The notes beneath the pieces were generated by a model that searched no databases, was not told where the DNA came from, and was given only the letters and a program-made list of their open reading frames with translations. A program made the position numbers and the translations under genes. A stretch of 64,000 nucleotides of DNA, from assembly GCF_009914755.1 (NCBI RefSeq), contig NC_060929.1; one strand, given 5' to 3'. Within the stretch, counting starts at the first letter, position 1. Each line of letters starts with the position of its first letter. Source of the stretch: the human T2T-CHM13v2.0 reference genome, Homo sapiens. Shown here one piece after another: positions 42,301 through 55,106 of the stretch.

Positions 42301-45300
42301 GAGATTTCAGCCGCTTTGAGGTCAATGGTAGAAAAGGAAATATCTTCGTATAAAAACTAGACAGAATGATTCTCAGAAACTTCTTTGTGATGTGTGCGTT
42401 CAACTCACAGAGTTTAACTTTTCTTTTCATAGAGCAGTTAGGAAACACTCTGTTTGTAAACTCTGCAAGTGGATATTCAGACCTCTTTGAGGCCTTCGTT
42501 GGAAACGGGATTTCTTCATACTGTGCTAGACAGAAGAATTCTCAGTAACTTCCTTGTGTTGTGTGTATTCAACTCACAGAGTTGAACGATCCTTTACACA
42601 GAGCAGACTTGAAACACTCTTTTTGTGGAATTTGCAAGTGGAGATTTCAGCCGCGTTGAGGTCAATGGTAGAAAAGGAAATATTTTCGTATAAAAACTAG
42701 ACAGAATGATTCTCAGAAACTCCTTTGAGATGTGTGTGTTCAACTCACAGAGTTTAACCTTTCTTTTCATAGAGCAGTTAGGAATCACTCTGTTTGTAAA
42801 GTCTGCAAGTGGATATTCAGACCTCTTTGAGGCCTTCGTTGGAAACGGGTTTTTTTCATATAAGGCTAGACAGAAGAATTCCCAGTAACTTCCTTGTGTT
42901 GTGTGTGTTCAACTCACAGAGTTGAACTTTCATTTACACAGAGCAGATTTGAAACACTCTTTTTGTGGAATTTGCAAATGGAGATTTCAAGCGCTTTGAG
43001 GCCAAAGGCAGAAAAGGAAATATCTTCGTATAAAAACTAGACAGAATCATTCTCAGAAACTGCTCTGCGATGTGTGCGTTCAACTCTCAGAGTTTAACTT
43101 TGCTTTTCATTCAGCAGTTTGGAAACACTCTGTTTGTAAAGTCTGCACGTGGATAATTTGACCACTTAGAGGCCTTCGTTGGAAACGGGTTTTTTTCATG
43201 TAAGGCTAGACAGAAGAATTCTCAGTAACTTCCTTGTGTTGTGTGTATTCAACTCACACAGTTGAACGATCCTTTACACAGAGCAGACTTGTAACACTCT
43301 TTTTGTGGAATTTGCAAGTGGAGATTTCAGCCGCTTTGAAGTCAAATGTAGAAAAGGAAATATCTTCCTATAAAAACTAGACAGAATGATTCTCAGAAAC
43401 TCCTTTGTGATGTGTGCGTTCAACTCACAGAGTTTAACCTTTCTTTTCATAGAGCAGTTAGGAAACACTCTGTTTGTAAAGTCTGCAAGTGGATATTCAG
43501 ACCTCTTTGAGGCCTTCGTTGGAAACGGGTTTTTTTCATATAAGGCTAGACAGAAGAATTCCCAGTAACTTCCTTGTGTTGTGTGTGTTCAACTCACAGA
43601 GTTGAACTTTCATTTACACAGAGCAGATTTGAAACACTCTTTTTGTGGAATTTGCAGGTGGAGATTTCAAGCGCTTTGAGGCCAAAGGCAGAAAAGGAAA
43701 TATCTTCGTATAAAAACTAGACAGAATCATTCTCAGAAACTGCTCTGCGATGTGTGCGTTCAACTCTCAGAGTTTAACTTTTCTTTTCATTCAGCAGTTT
43801 GGAAACACTCTGTTTGTAAAGTCTGCACGTGGATAATTTGACCACTTAGAGGCCTTCGTTGGAAACGGGTTTTTTTCATGTAAGGCTAGACAGAAGAATT
43901 CTCAGTAACTTCCTTGTGTTGTGTGTATTCAACTCACAGAGTTGAACGATCCTTTACACAGAGCAGACTTGTAACACTCTTTTTGTGGAATTTGCAAGTG
44001 GAGATTTCAGCCGCTTTGAATTCAAAGGTAGAAAAGGAAATATCTTCCTATAAAAACTAGACAGAATGATTCTCAGAAACTCCTTTGTGATGTGTGCGTT
44101 CAACTCACAGAGTTTAACCTTTCTTTTCATAGAGCAGTTAGGAAACACTCTGCTTGTAAAGTCTGCAAGTGGATATTCAGCCCTCTTTGAGGCCTTCGTT
44201 GGAAACGGGTTTTTTTCATATAAGGCTAGACAGAAGAATTCCCAGTAACTTCCTTGTGTTGTGTGTTCAACTCACAGAGTTGAACTTTGATTTACACAGA
44301 GCAGATTTGAAACACTCTTTTTGTGGAATTTGCAAGTGGAGATTTCAAGCGCTTTGAGGCCAAAGGCAGAAAAGGAAATATCTTCGTATAAAAACTAGAC
44401 AGAATCATTCTCAGAAACTGCTCTGCGATGTGTGCGTTCAACTCTCAGAGTTTAACTTTTCTTTTCATTCAGCAGTTTGGAAACACTCTGTTTGTAAAGT
44501 CTGCACGTGGATATTTTGACCACTTAGAGGCCTTCGTTGGAAACGGGTTTTTTTCCTGTAAGGCTAGACAGAAGAATTCCCAGTAACTTCCTTGTGTTGT
44601 GTACATTCAACTCACAGAGTTGAACGTTCCCTTAGACAGAGCAGATTTGAAACACTCTTTTTGTGCAATTGGCAAGTGGAGATTTCAAGCGCTTTAAGGT
44701 CAATGGCAGAAAAGGAAATATCTTCGTTTCAAAACTAGACAGAATCATTCCCACAAACTGCGTTGTGATGTGTTCGTTCATCTCACAGAGTTTAACCTTT
44801 CTTTTCATAGAGCAGTTAGGAAACACTCTGTTTGTAAATTCTGTAAGTGGATATTCTGACATCTTGTGGCCTTCGTTGGAAACGGGATTTCTTCATATTC
44901 TGCTAGACAGAAGAATTCTCAGAATCTTCCTTGTGTTGTGTGTATTCAACTCACACAGTTGAACGATGGTTTACACAGAGCAGATTTGAAACACTCTTTT
45001 TGTGGAATTTGCAAGTGGAGATTTCAGCCGCTTTGAGGTCAATGGTAGAAAAGGAAATATCTTCGTATAAAAACTAGACAGAATGATTCTCAGAAACTTC
45101 TTTGTGATGTGTGCGTTCAACTCACAGAGTTTAACCTTTCTTTTCATAGAGCAGTTAGGAAACACTCTGTTTTTAAACTCTGCATGTGGATATTCAGACC
45201 TCTTTGAGGCCTTCGTTGGAAACGGGATTTCTTCATACTGTGCTAGACAGAAGAATTCTCAGTAACTTCCTTGTGTTGTGTGTATTCAACTCACAGAGTT

Positions 45301-48300
45301 GAAGGATCCTTTACACAGAGCAGACTTGAAACACTCTTTTTGTGGAATTTGCAAGTGGAGATTTCAGCCGCGTTGAGGTCAATGGTAGAAAAGGAAATAT
45401 CTTCGTATAAAAACTAGACAGAATGATTCTCAGAAACTCCTTTGAGATGTGTGTGTTCAACTCACAGAGTTTAACCTTTCTTTTCATAGAGCAGTTAGGA
45501 ATCACTCTGTTTGTAAAGTCTGCAAGTGGATATTCAGACCTCTTTGAGGCCTTCGTTGGAAAAGGGTTTTTTTCATATAAGGCTAGAGAGAAGAATTCCC
45601 AGTAACTTCCTTGTGTTGTGTGTGTTCAACTCACAGAGTTGAACTTTCATTTACACAGAGCAGATTTGAAACACTCTTTTTGTGGAATTTGCAAGTGGAG
45701 ATTTCAAGCGCTGTGAGGCCAAAGGCAGAAAAGGAAATATCTTCGTATAAAAACTAGACAGAATCATTCTCAGAAACTGCTCTGCGATGTGTGCGTTCAA
45801 CTCTCAGAGTTTAACTTTTCTTTTCATTCAGCAGTTAGGAAACACTCTGTTTGTAAAGTCTGCACGTGGATAATTTGACCACTTAGAGGCCTTCGTTGGA
45901 AACGGGTTTTTTTCATGTAAGGCTAGACAGAAGAATTCTCAGTAACTTCCTTGTGTTGTGTGTATTCAACTCACACAGTTGAACGATCCTTTACACAGAG
46001 CAGACTTGTAACACTCTTTTTGTGGAATTTGCAAGTGGAGATTTCAGCCGCTTTGAAGTCAAATGTAGAAAAGGAAATATCTTCCTATAAAAACTAGACA
46101 GAATGATTCTCAGAAACTCCTTTGTGATGTGTGCGTTCAACTCACAGAGTTTAACCTTTCTTTTCATAGAGCAGTTAGGAAACACTCTGTTTGTAAAGTC
46201 TGCAAGTGGATATTCAGACCTCTTTGAGGCCTTCGTTGGAAACGGGTTTTTTTCATATAAGGCTAGACAGAAGAATTCCCAGTAACTTCCTTGTGTTGTG
46301 TGTGTTCAACTTACAGAGTTGAACTTTCATTTACACAGAGCAGATTTGAAACACTCTTTTTGTGGAATTTGTAAGTGGAGATTTCAAGCGCTTTGAGGCC
46401 AAAGGCAGAAAAGGAAATATCTTCGTATAAAAACTAGACAGAATCATTCTCAGAAACTGCTCTGTGATGTGTGCGTTCAACTCTCAGAGTTTAACTTTTC
46501 TTTTCATTCAGCAGTTTGGAAACACTCTGTTTGTAAAGTCTGCACGTGGATAATTTGACCACTTAGAGGCCTTCGTTGGAAACGGGTTTTTTTCATGTAA
46601 GGCTAGACAGAAGAGTTCTCAGTAACTTCCTTGTGTTGTGTGTATTCCACTCACACAGTTGAACGATCCTTTACACAGAGCAGACTTGTAACACTCTTTT
46701 TGTGGAATTTGCAAGTGGAGATTTCAGCCGCTTTGAAGTCAAAGTAGAAAAGGAAATATCTTCCTATAAAAACTAGACAGAATGATTCTCAGAAACTCCT
46801 TTGTGATGTGTGCGTTCAACTCACAGAGTTTAACCTTTCTTTTCATAGAGCAGTTAGGAAACACTCTGTTTGTAAAGTCTGCAAGTGGATATTCAGACCT
46901 CTTTGAGGCCTTCGTTGGAAACGGGTTTTTTTCATATAAGGCTAGACAGAAGAATTCCCAGTAACTTCCTTGTGTTGTGTGTGTTCAACTCACAGAGTTG
47001 AACTTTCATTTACACAGAGCAGATTTGAAACACTCTTTTTGTGGAATTTGCAGGTGGAGATTTCAAGCGCTTTGAGGCCAAAGGCAGAAAAGGAAATATC
47101 TTCGTATAAAAACTAGACAGAATCATTCTCAGAAACTGCTCTGCGATGTGTGCGTTCAACTCTCAGAGTTTAACTTTGCTTTTCATTCAGCAGTTTGGAA
47201 ACACTCTGTTTGTAAAGTCTGCACGTGGATAATTTGACCACTTAGAGGCCTTCGTTGGAAACGGGTTTTTTTCATGTAAGGCTAGACAGAAGAATTCTCA
47301 GTAACTTCCTTGTGTTGTGTGTATTCAACTCACAGAGTTGAACGATCCTTTACACAGAGCAGACTTGTAACACTCTTTTTGTGGAATTTGCAAGTGGAGA
47401 TTTCAGCCGCTTTGAAGTCAAAGGTAGAAAAGGAAATATCTTCCTATAAAAACTAGACAGAATGATTCTCAGAAACTCCTTTGTGATGTGTGCGTTCAAC
47501 TCACAGAGTTTAACCTTTCTTTTCATAGAGCAGTTAGGAAACACTCTGCTTGTAAAGTCTGCAAGTGGATATTCAGCCCTCTTTGAGGCCTTCGTTGGAA
47601 ACGGGTTTTTTTCATATAAGGCTAGACAGAAGAATTCCCAGTAACTTCCTTGTGTTGTGTGTGTTCAACTCACAGAGTTGAACTTTGATTTACACAGAGC
47701 AGATTTGAAACACTCTTTTTGTGGAATTTGCAAGTGGAGATTTCAAGCGCTTTGAGGCCAAAGGCAGAAAAGGAAATATCTTCGTATAAAAACTAGACAG
47801 AATCATTCTCAGAAACTGCTCTGCGATGTGTGCGTTCAACTCTCAGAGTTTAACTTTTCTTTTCATTCAGCAGTTTGGAAACACTCTGTTTGTAAAGTCT
47901 GCACGTGGATATTTTGACCACTTAGAGGCCTTCGTTGGAAACGGGTTTTTTTCCTGTAAGGCTAGACAGAAGAATTCCCAGTAACTTCCTTGTGTTGTGT
48001 ACATTCAACTCACAGAGTTGAACGTTCCCTTAGACAGAGCAGATTTGAAACACTCTTTTTGTGCAACTGGCAAGTGGAGATTTCAAGCGCTTTAAGGTCA
48101 ATGGCAGAAAAGGAAATATCTTCGTTTCAAAACTAGACAGAATCATTCCCACAAACTGCGTTGTGATGTGTTCGTTCATCTCACAGAGTTTAACCTTTCT
48201 TTTCATAGAGCAGTTAGGAAACAGTCTGTTTGTAAATTCTGTAAGTGGATATTCTGACATCTTGTGGCCTTCGTTGGAAACGGGATTTCTTCATATTCTG

Positions 48301-50688
48301 CTAGACAGAAGAATTCTCAGAATCTTCCTTGTGTTGTGTGTATTCAACTCACACAGTTGAACGATGGTTTACACAGAGCAGATTTGAAACACTCTTTTTG
48401 TGGAATTTGCAAGTGGAGATTTCAGCCGCTTTGAGGTCAATGGTAGAAAAGGAAATATCTTCGTATAAAAACTAGACAGAATGATTCTCAGAAACTTCTT
48501 TGTGATGTGTGCGTTCAACTCACAGAGTTTAACCTTTCTTTTCATAGAGCAGTTAGGAAACACTCTGTTTGTAAACTCTGCAAGTGGATATTCAGACCTC
48601 TTTGAGGCCTTCGTTGGAAACGGGATTTCTTCATACTGTGCTAGACAGAAGAATTCTCAGTAACTTCCTTGTGTTGTGTGTATTCAACTCACAGAGTTGA
48701 CCGATCCTTTACACAGAGCAGACTTGTAACACTCTTTTTGTGGAATTTGCAAGTGGAGATTTCAGCCGCTTTGAAGTCAAAGGTAGAAAAGGGAATATCT
48801 TCCTATAAAAACTAGACAGAATGATTCTCAGAAACTCCTTTGTCATGTGTGCGTTCAACTCACAGAGTTTAACCTTTCTTTTCATAGAGCAGTTAGGAAA
48901 CACTCTGTTTCTAAAGTCTGCAAGTGGATATTCAGACCTCTTTGAGGCCTTCGTTGGAAACGGGTTTTTTCATATAAGGCTAGAGAGAAGAATTCCCAGT
49001 AACTTCCTTGTGTTGTGTGTGTTCAACTCACAGAGTTGAACTTTCATTTACACAGAGCAGATTTGAAACACTCTTTTTGTGGAATTTGCAAGTGGAGATT
49101 TCAAGCGCTGTGAGGCCAAAGGCAGAAAAGGAAATATCTTCGTATAAAAACTAGACAGAATCATTCTCAGAAACTGCTCTGCGATGTGTGCGTTCAACTC
49201 TCAGAGTTTAACTTTTCTTTTCATTCAGCAGTTTGGAAACACTCTGTTTGTAAAGTCTGCACGTGGATAATTTGACCACTTAGAGGCCTTCGTTGGAAAC
49301 GGGTTTTTTTCATGTAAGGCTAGACAGAAGAATTCTCAGTAACTTCCTTGTGTTGTGTGTATTCAACTCACACAGTTGAACGATCCTTTACACAGAGCAG
49401 ACTTGTAACACTCTTTTTGTGGAATTTGCAAGTGGAGATTTCAGCCGCTTTGAAGTCAAAGGTAGAAAAGGAAATATCTTCCTATAAAAACTAGACAGAA
49501 AGATTCTCAGAAACTCCTTTGTGATGTGTGCGTTCAACTCACAGAGTTTAACCTTTCTTTTCATAGAGCAGTTAGGAAACACTCTGTTTCTAAAGTCTGC
49601 AAGTGGATATTCAGACCTCTTTGAGGCCTTCGTTGGAAACGGGTTTTTTTCATATAAGGCTAGACAGAAGAATTCCCAGTAACTTCCTTGTGTTGTGTGT
49701 GTTCAACTCACAGAGTTGAACTTTCATTTACACAGAGCAGATTTGAAACACTCTTTTTGTGGAATTTGCAAGTGGAGATTTCAAGCGCTGTGAGGCCAAA
49801 GGCAGAAAAGGAAATATCTTCGTATAAAAACTAGACAGAATCATTCTCAGAAACTGCTCTGCGATGTGTGCGTTCAACTCTCAGAGTTTAACTTTTCTTT
49901 TCATTCAGCAGTTTGGAAACACTCTGTTTGTAAAGTCTGCACGTGGATAATTTGACCACTTAGAGGCCTTCGTTGGAAACGGGTTTTTTCCTGTAAGGCT
50001 AGACAGAAGAATTCTCAGTAACTTCCTTGTGTTGTGTGTATTCAACTCACAGAGTTGAACGATCCTTTACACAGAGCAGACTTGTAACACTCTTTTTGTG
50101 GAATTTGCAAGTGGAGATTTCAGCCGCTTTGAAGTCAAAGGTAGAAAAGGAAATATCTTCCTATAAAAACTAGACAGAATGATTCTCAGAAACTCCTTTG
50201 TGATGTGTGCGTTCAACTCACAGAGTTTAACCTTTCTTTTCATAGAGCAGTTAGGAAACACTCTGCTTGTAAAGTCTGCAAGTGGATATTCAGCCCTCTT
50301 TGAGGCCTTCGTTGGAAACGGGTTTTTTTCATATAAGGCTAGACAGAAGAATTCCCAGTAACTTCCTTGTGTTGTGTGTGTTCAACTCACAGAGTTGAAC
50401 TTTGATTTACACAGAGCAGATTTGAAACACTCTTTTTGTGGAATTTGCAAGTGGAGATTTCAAGCGCTTTGAGGCCAAAGGCAGAAAAGGAAATATCTTC
50501 GTATAAAAACTAGACAGAATCATTCTCAGAAACTGCTCTGCGATGTGTGCGTTCAACTCTCAGAGTTTAACTTTTCTTTTCATTCAGCAGTTTGGAAACA
50601 CTCTGTTTGTAAAGTCTGCACGTGGATATTTTGACCACTTAGAGGCCTTCGTTGGAAACGGGTTTTTTTCCTGTAAGGCTAGACAGAA

Positions 50689-53600
50689 GAATTCCCAGTA
50701 ACTTCCTTGTGTTGTGTACATTCAACTCACAGAGTTGAACGTTCCCTTAGACAGAGCAGATTTGAAACACTCTTTTTGTGCAATTGGCAAGTGGAGATTT
50801 CAAGCGCTTTAAGGTCAATGGCAGAAAAGGAAATATCTTCGTTTCAAAACTAGAGAGAATCATTCCCAAAAACTGCGTTGTGATGTGTTCGTTCATCTCA
50901 CAGAGTTTAACCTTTCTTTTCATAGAGCAGTTAGGAAACAGTCTGTTTGTAAATTCTGTAAGTGGATATTCTGACATCTTGTGGCCTTCGTTGGAAACGG
51001 GATTTCTTCATATTCTGCTAGACAGAAGAATTCTCAGAATCTTCCTTGTGTTGTGTGTATTCAACTCACAGAGTTGAACGATGGTTTACACAGAGCAGAT
51101 TTGAAACACTCTTTTTGTGGAATTTGCAAGTGGAGATTTCAGCCGCTTTGAGGTCAATGGTAGAAAAGGAAATATCTTCGTATAAAAACTAGACAGAATG
51201 ATTCTCAGAAACTTCTTTGTGATGTGTGCGTTCAACTCACAGAGTTTAACCTTTCTTTTCATAGAGCAGTTAGGAAACACTCTGTTTGTAAACTCTGCAA
51301 GTGGATATTCAGACCTCTTTGAGGCCTTCGTTGGAAACGGGATTTCTTCATACTGTGCTAGACAGAAGAATTCTCAGTAACTTCCTTGTGTTGTGTGTAT
51401 TCAACTCACAGAGTTGACCGATCCTTTACACAGAGCAGACTTGTAACACTCTTTTTGTGGAATTTGCAAGTGGAGATTTCAGCCGCTTTGAAGTCAAAGG
51501 TAGAAAAGGGAATATCTTCCTATAAAAACTAGACAGAATGATTCTCAGAAACTCCTTTGTGATGTGTGCGTTCAACTCACAGAGTTTAACCTTTCTTTTC
51601 ATAGAGCAGTTAGGAAACACTCTGTTTCTAAAGTCTGCAAGTGGATATTCAGACCTCTTTGAGGCCTTCGTTGGAAACGGGTTTTTTTCATATAAGGCTA
51701 GAGAGAAGAATTCCCAGTAACTTCCTTGTGTTGTGTGTGTTCAACTCACAGAGTTGAACTTTCATTTACACAGAGCAGATGTGAAACACTCTTTTTTTGG
51801 AATTTGCAAGTGGAGATTTCAAGCGCTGTGAGGCCAAAGGCAGAAAAGGAAATATCTTCGTATAAAAACTAGACAGAATCATTCTCAGAAACTGCTCTGC
51901 GATGTGTGCGTTCAACTCTCAGAGTATAACTTTTCTTTTCATTCAGCAGTTTGGAAACACTCTGTTTGTAAAGTCTGCACGTGGATAATTTGACCACTTA
52001 GAGGCCTTCGTTGGAAACGGGTTTTTTTCATGTAAGGCTAGACAGAAGAATTCTCAGTAACTTCCTTGTGTTGTGTGTATTCAACTCACAGAGTTGAACG
52101 ATCCTTTACACAGAGCAGACTTGTAACACTCTTTTTGTGGAATTTGCAAGTGGAGATTTCAGCCGCTTTGAAGTCAAAGGTAGAAAAGGAAATATCTTCC
52201 TATTAAAACTAGACAGATAGATTCTCAGAAACTCCTTTGTGATGTGTGCGTTCAACTCACAGAGTTTAACCTTTCTTTTCATGGAGCAGTTAGGAAACAC
52301 TCTGTTTGTAAAGTCTGCAAGTGGATATTCAGACCTCTTTGAGGCCTTCGTTGGAAACGGGTTTTTTTCATATAAGGCTAGACAGAAGAATTCCCAGTAA
52401 CTTCCTTGTGTTGTGTGTGTTCAACTCACAGAGTTGAACTTTCATTTACACAGAGCAGATTTGAAACACTCTTTTTGTGGAATTTGCAAGTGGAGATTTC
52501 AAGCGCTTTGAGGCCAAAGGCAGAAAAGGAAATATCTTCGTATAAAAACTAGACAGAATCATTCTCAGAAACTGCTCTGTGATGTGTGCTTTCAACTCTC
52601 AGAGTTTAACTTTTCTTTTCATTCAGCAGTTTGGAAACACTCTGTTTGTAAAGTCTGCACGTGGATAATTTGACCACTTAGAGGCCTTCGTTGGAAACGG
52701 GTTTTTTTCATGTAAGGCTAGACAGAAGAGTTCTCAGTAACTTCCTTGTGTTGTGTGTATTCAACTCACACAGTTGAACGATCCTTTACAGAGAGCAGAC
52801 TTGTAACACTCTTTTTGTGGAATTTGCAAGTGGAGATTTCAGCCGCTTTGAAGTCAAAGTAGAAAAGGAAATATCTTCCTATAAAAACTAGACAGAATGA
52901 TTCTCAGAAACTCCTTTGTGATGTGTGCGTTCAACTCACAGAGTTTAACCTTTCTTTTCATAGAGCAGTTAGGAAACACTCTGTTTGTAAAGTCTGCAAG
53001 TGGATATTCAGACCTCTTTGAGGCCTTCGTTGGAAACGGGTTTTTTTCATATAAGGCTAGACAGAAGAATTCCCAGTAACTTCCTTGGGTTGTGTGTGTT
53101 CAACTCACAGAGTTGAACTTTCATTTACACAGAGCAGATTTGAAACACTCTTTTTGTGGAATTTGCAGGTGGAGATTTCAAGCGCTTTGAGGCCAAAGGC
53201 AGAAAAGGAAATATCTTCGTATAAAAACTAGACAGAATCATTCTCAGAAACTGCTCTGCGATGTGTGCGTTCAACTCTCAGAGTTTAACTTTTCTTTTCA
53301 TTCAGCAGTTTGGAAACACTCTGTTTGTAAAGTCTGCACGTGGATAATTTGACCACTTAGAGGCCTTCGTTGGAAACGGGTTTTTTTCATGTAAGGCTAG
53401 ACAGAAGAATTCTCAGTAACTTCCTTGTGTTGTGTGTATTCAACTCACAGAGTTGAACGATCCTTTACACAGAGCAGACATGTAACACTCTTTTTCTGGA
53501 ATTTGCAAGTGGAGATTTCAGCCGCTTTGAAGTCAAAGGTAGAAAAGGAAATATCTTCCTATAAAAACTAGACAGAATGATTCTCAGAAACTCCTTTGTG

Positions 53601-55106
53601 ATGTGTGCGTTCAACTCACAGAGTTTAACCTTTCTTTTCATAGAGCAGTTAGGAAACACTCTGCTTGTAAAGTCTGCAAGTGGATATTCAGACCTCTTTG
53701 AGGCCTTCGTTGGAAACGGGATTTCTTCATACTGTGCTAGACAGAAGAATTCTCAGTAACTTCCTTGTGTTGTGTGTATTCAACTCACAGAGTTGAACGA
53801 TCCTTTACACAGAGCAGACTTGGAACACTCTTTTTGTGGAATTTGCAAGTGGAGATTTCAGCCGCGTTGAGGTCAATGGTAGAAAAGGAAATATCTTCGT
53901 ATAAAAACTAGACAGAATGATTCTCAGAAACTCCTTTGAGATGTGTGTGTTCAACTCACAGAGTTTAACCTTTCTTTTCATAGAGCAGTTAGGAATCACT
54001 CTGTTTGTAAAGTCTGCAAGTGGATATTCAGACCTCTTTGAGGCCTTCGCTGGAAACGGGTTTTTTTCATATAAGGCTAGACAGAAGAATTCCCAGTAAC
54101 TTCCTTGTGTTGTGTGTGTTCAACTCACAGAGTTGAACTTTGATTTACACAGAGCAGATTTGAAACACTCTTTTTGTGGAATTTGCAAGTGGAGATTTCA
54201 AGCGCTTTGAGGCCAAAGGCAGAAAAGGAAATATCTTCGTATAAAAACTAGACAGAATCATTCTCAGAAACTGCTCTGCGATGTGTGCGTTCAACTCTCA
54301 GAGTTTAACTTTGCTTTTCATTCAGCAGTTTGGAAACACTCTGTTTGTAAAGTCTGCACGTGGATAATTTGACCACTTAGAGGCCTTCGTTGGAAACGGG
54401 TTTTTTTCATGTAAGGCTAGACAGAAGAATTCTCAGTAACTTCCTTGTGTTGTGTGTATTCAACTCACAGAGTTGAACGATCCTTTACACAGAGCAGACT
54501 TGTAACACTCTTTTTGTGGAATTTGCAAGTGGAGATTTCAGCCGCTTTGAAGTCAAAGGTAGAAAAGGAAATATCTTCCTATAAAAACTAGACAGAATGA
54601 TTCTCAGAAACTCCTTTGTGATGTGTGCGTTCAACTCACAGAGTTTAACCTTTCTTTTCATAGAGCAGTTAGGAAACACTCTGCTTGTAAAGTCTGCAAG
54701 TGGATATTCAGCCCTCTTTGAGGCCTTCGTTGGAAACGGGTTTTTTTCATATAAGGCTAGACAGAAGAATTCCCAGTAACTTCCTTGTGTTGTGTGTGTT
54801 CAACTCACAGAGTTGAACTTTGATTTACACAGAGCAGATTTGAAACACTCTTTTTGTGGAATTTGCAAGTGGAGATTTCAAGCGCTTTGAGGCCAAAGGC
54901 AGAAAAGGAAATATCTTCGTATAAAAACTAGACAGAATCATTCTCAGAAACTGCTCTGCGATGTGTGCGTTCAACTCTCAGAGTTTAACTTTTCTTTTCA
55001 TTCAGCAGTTTGGAAACACTCTGTTTGTAAAGTCTGCACGTGGATATTTTGACCACTTAGAGGCCTTCGTTGGAAACGGGTTTTTTTCCTGTAAGGCTAG
55101 ACAGAA
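50689..55106 (+). repeat. 26-monomer HOR variant (4418 bp), copy 1
   Basis: C-dimer spacing 50778 to 55196. Contains an A'/D chimeric dimer at about 53410-53750. Confidence 0.83.

Noticed and set aside
44169-44357. Unique 62 aa ORF, and a unique 75 aa ORF at 38779-39006
   Set aside because: The first comes from a 2 bp GT slippage deletion near 44260 and the second from a single stop-removing SNV near 38858. Neither is a gene.
45304-45309. Apparently unique BamHI site GGATCC
   Set aside because: It is a single private SNV, useful as a mapping marker only.
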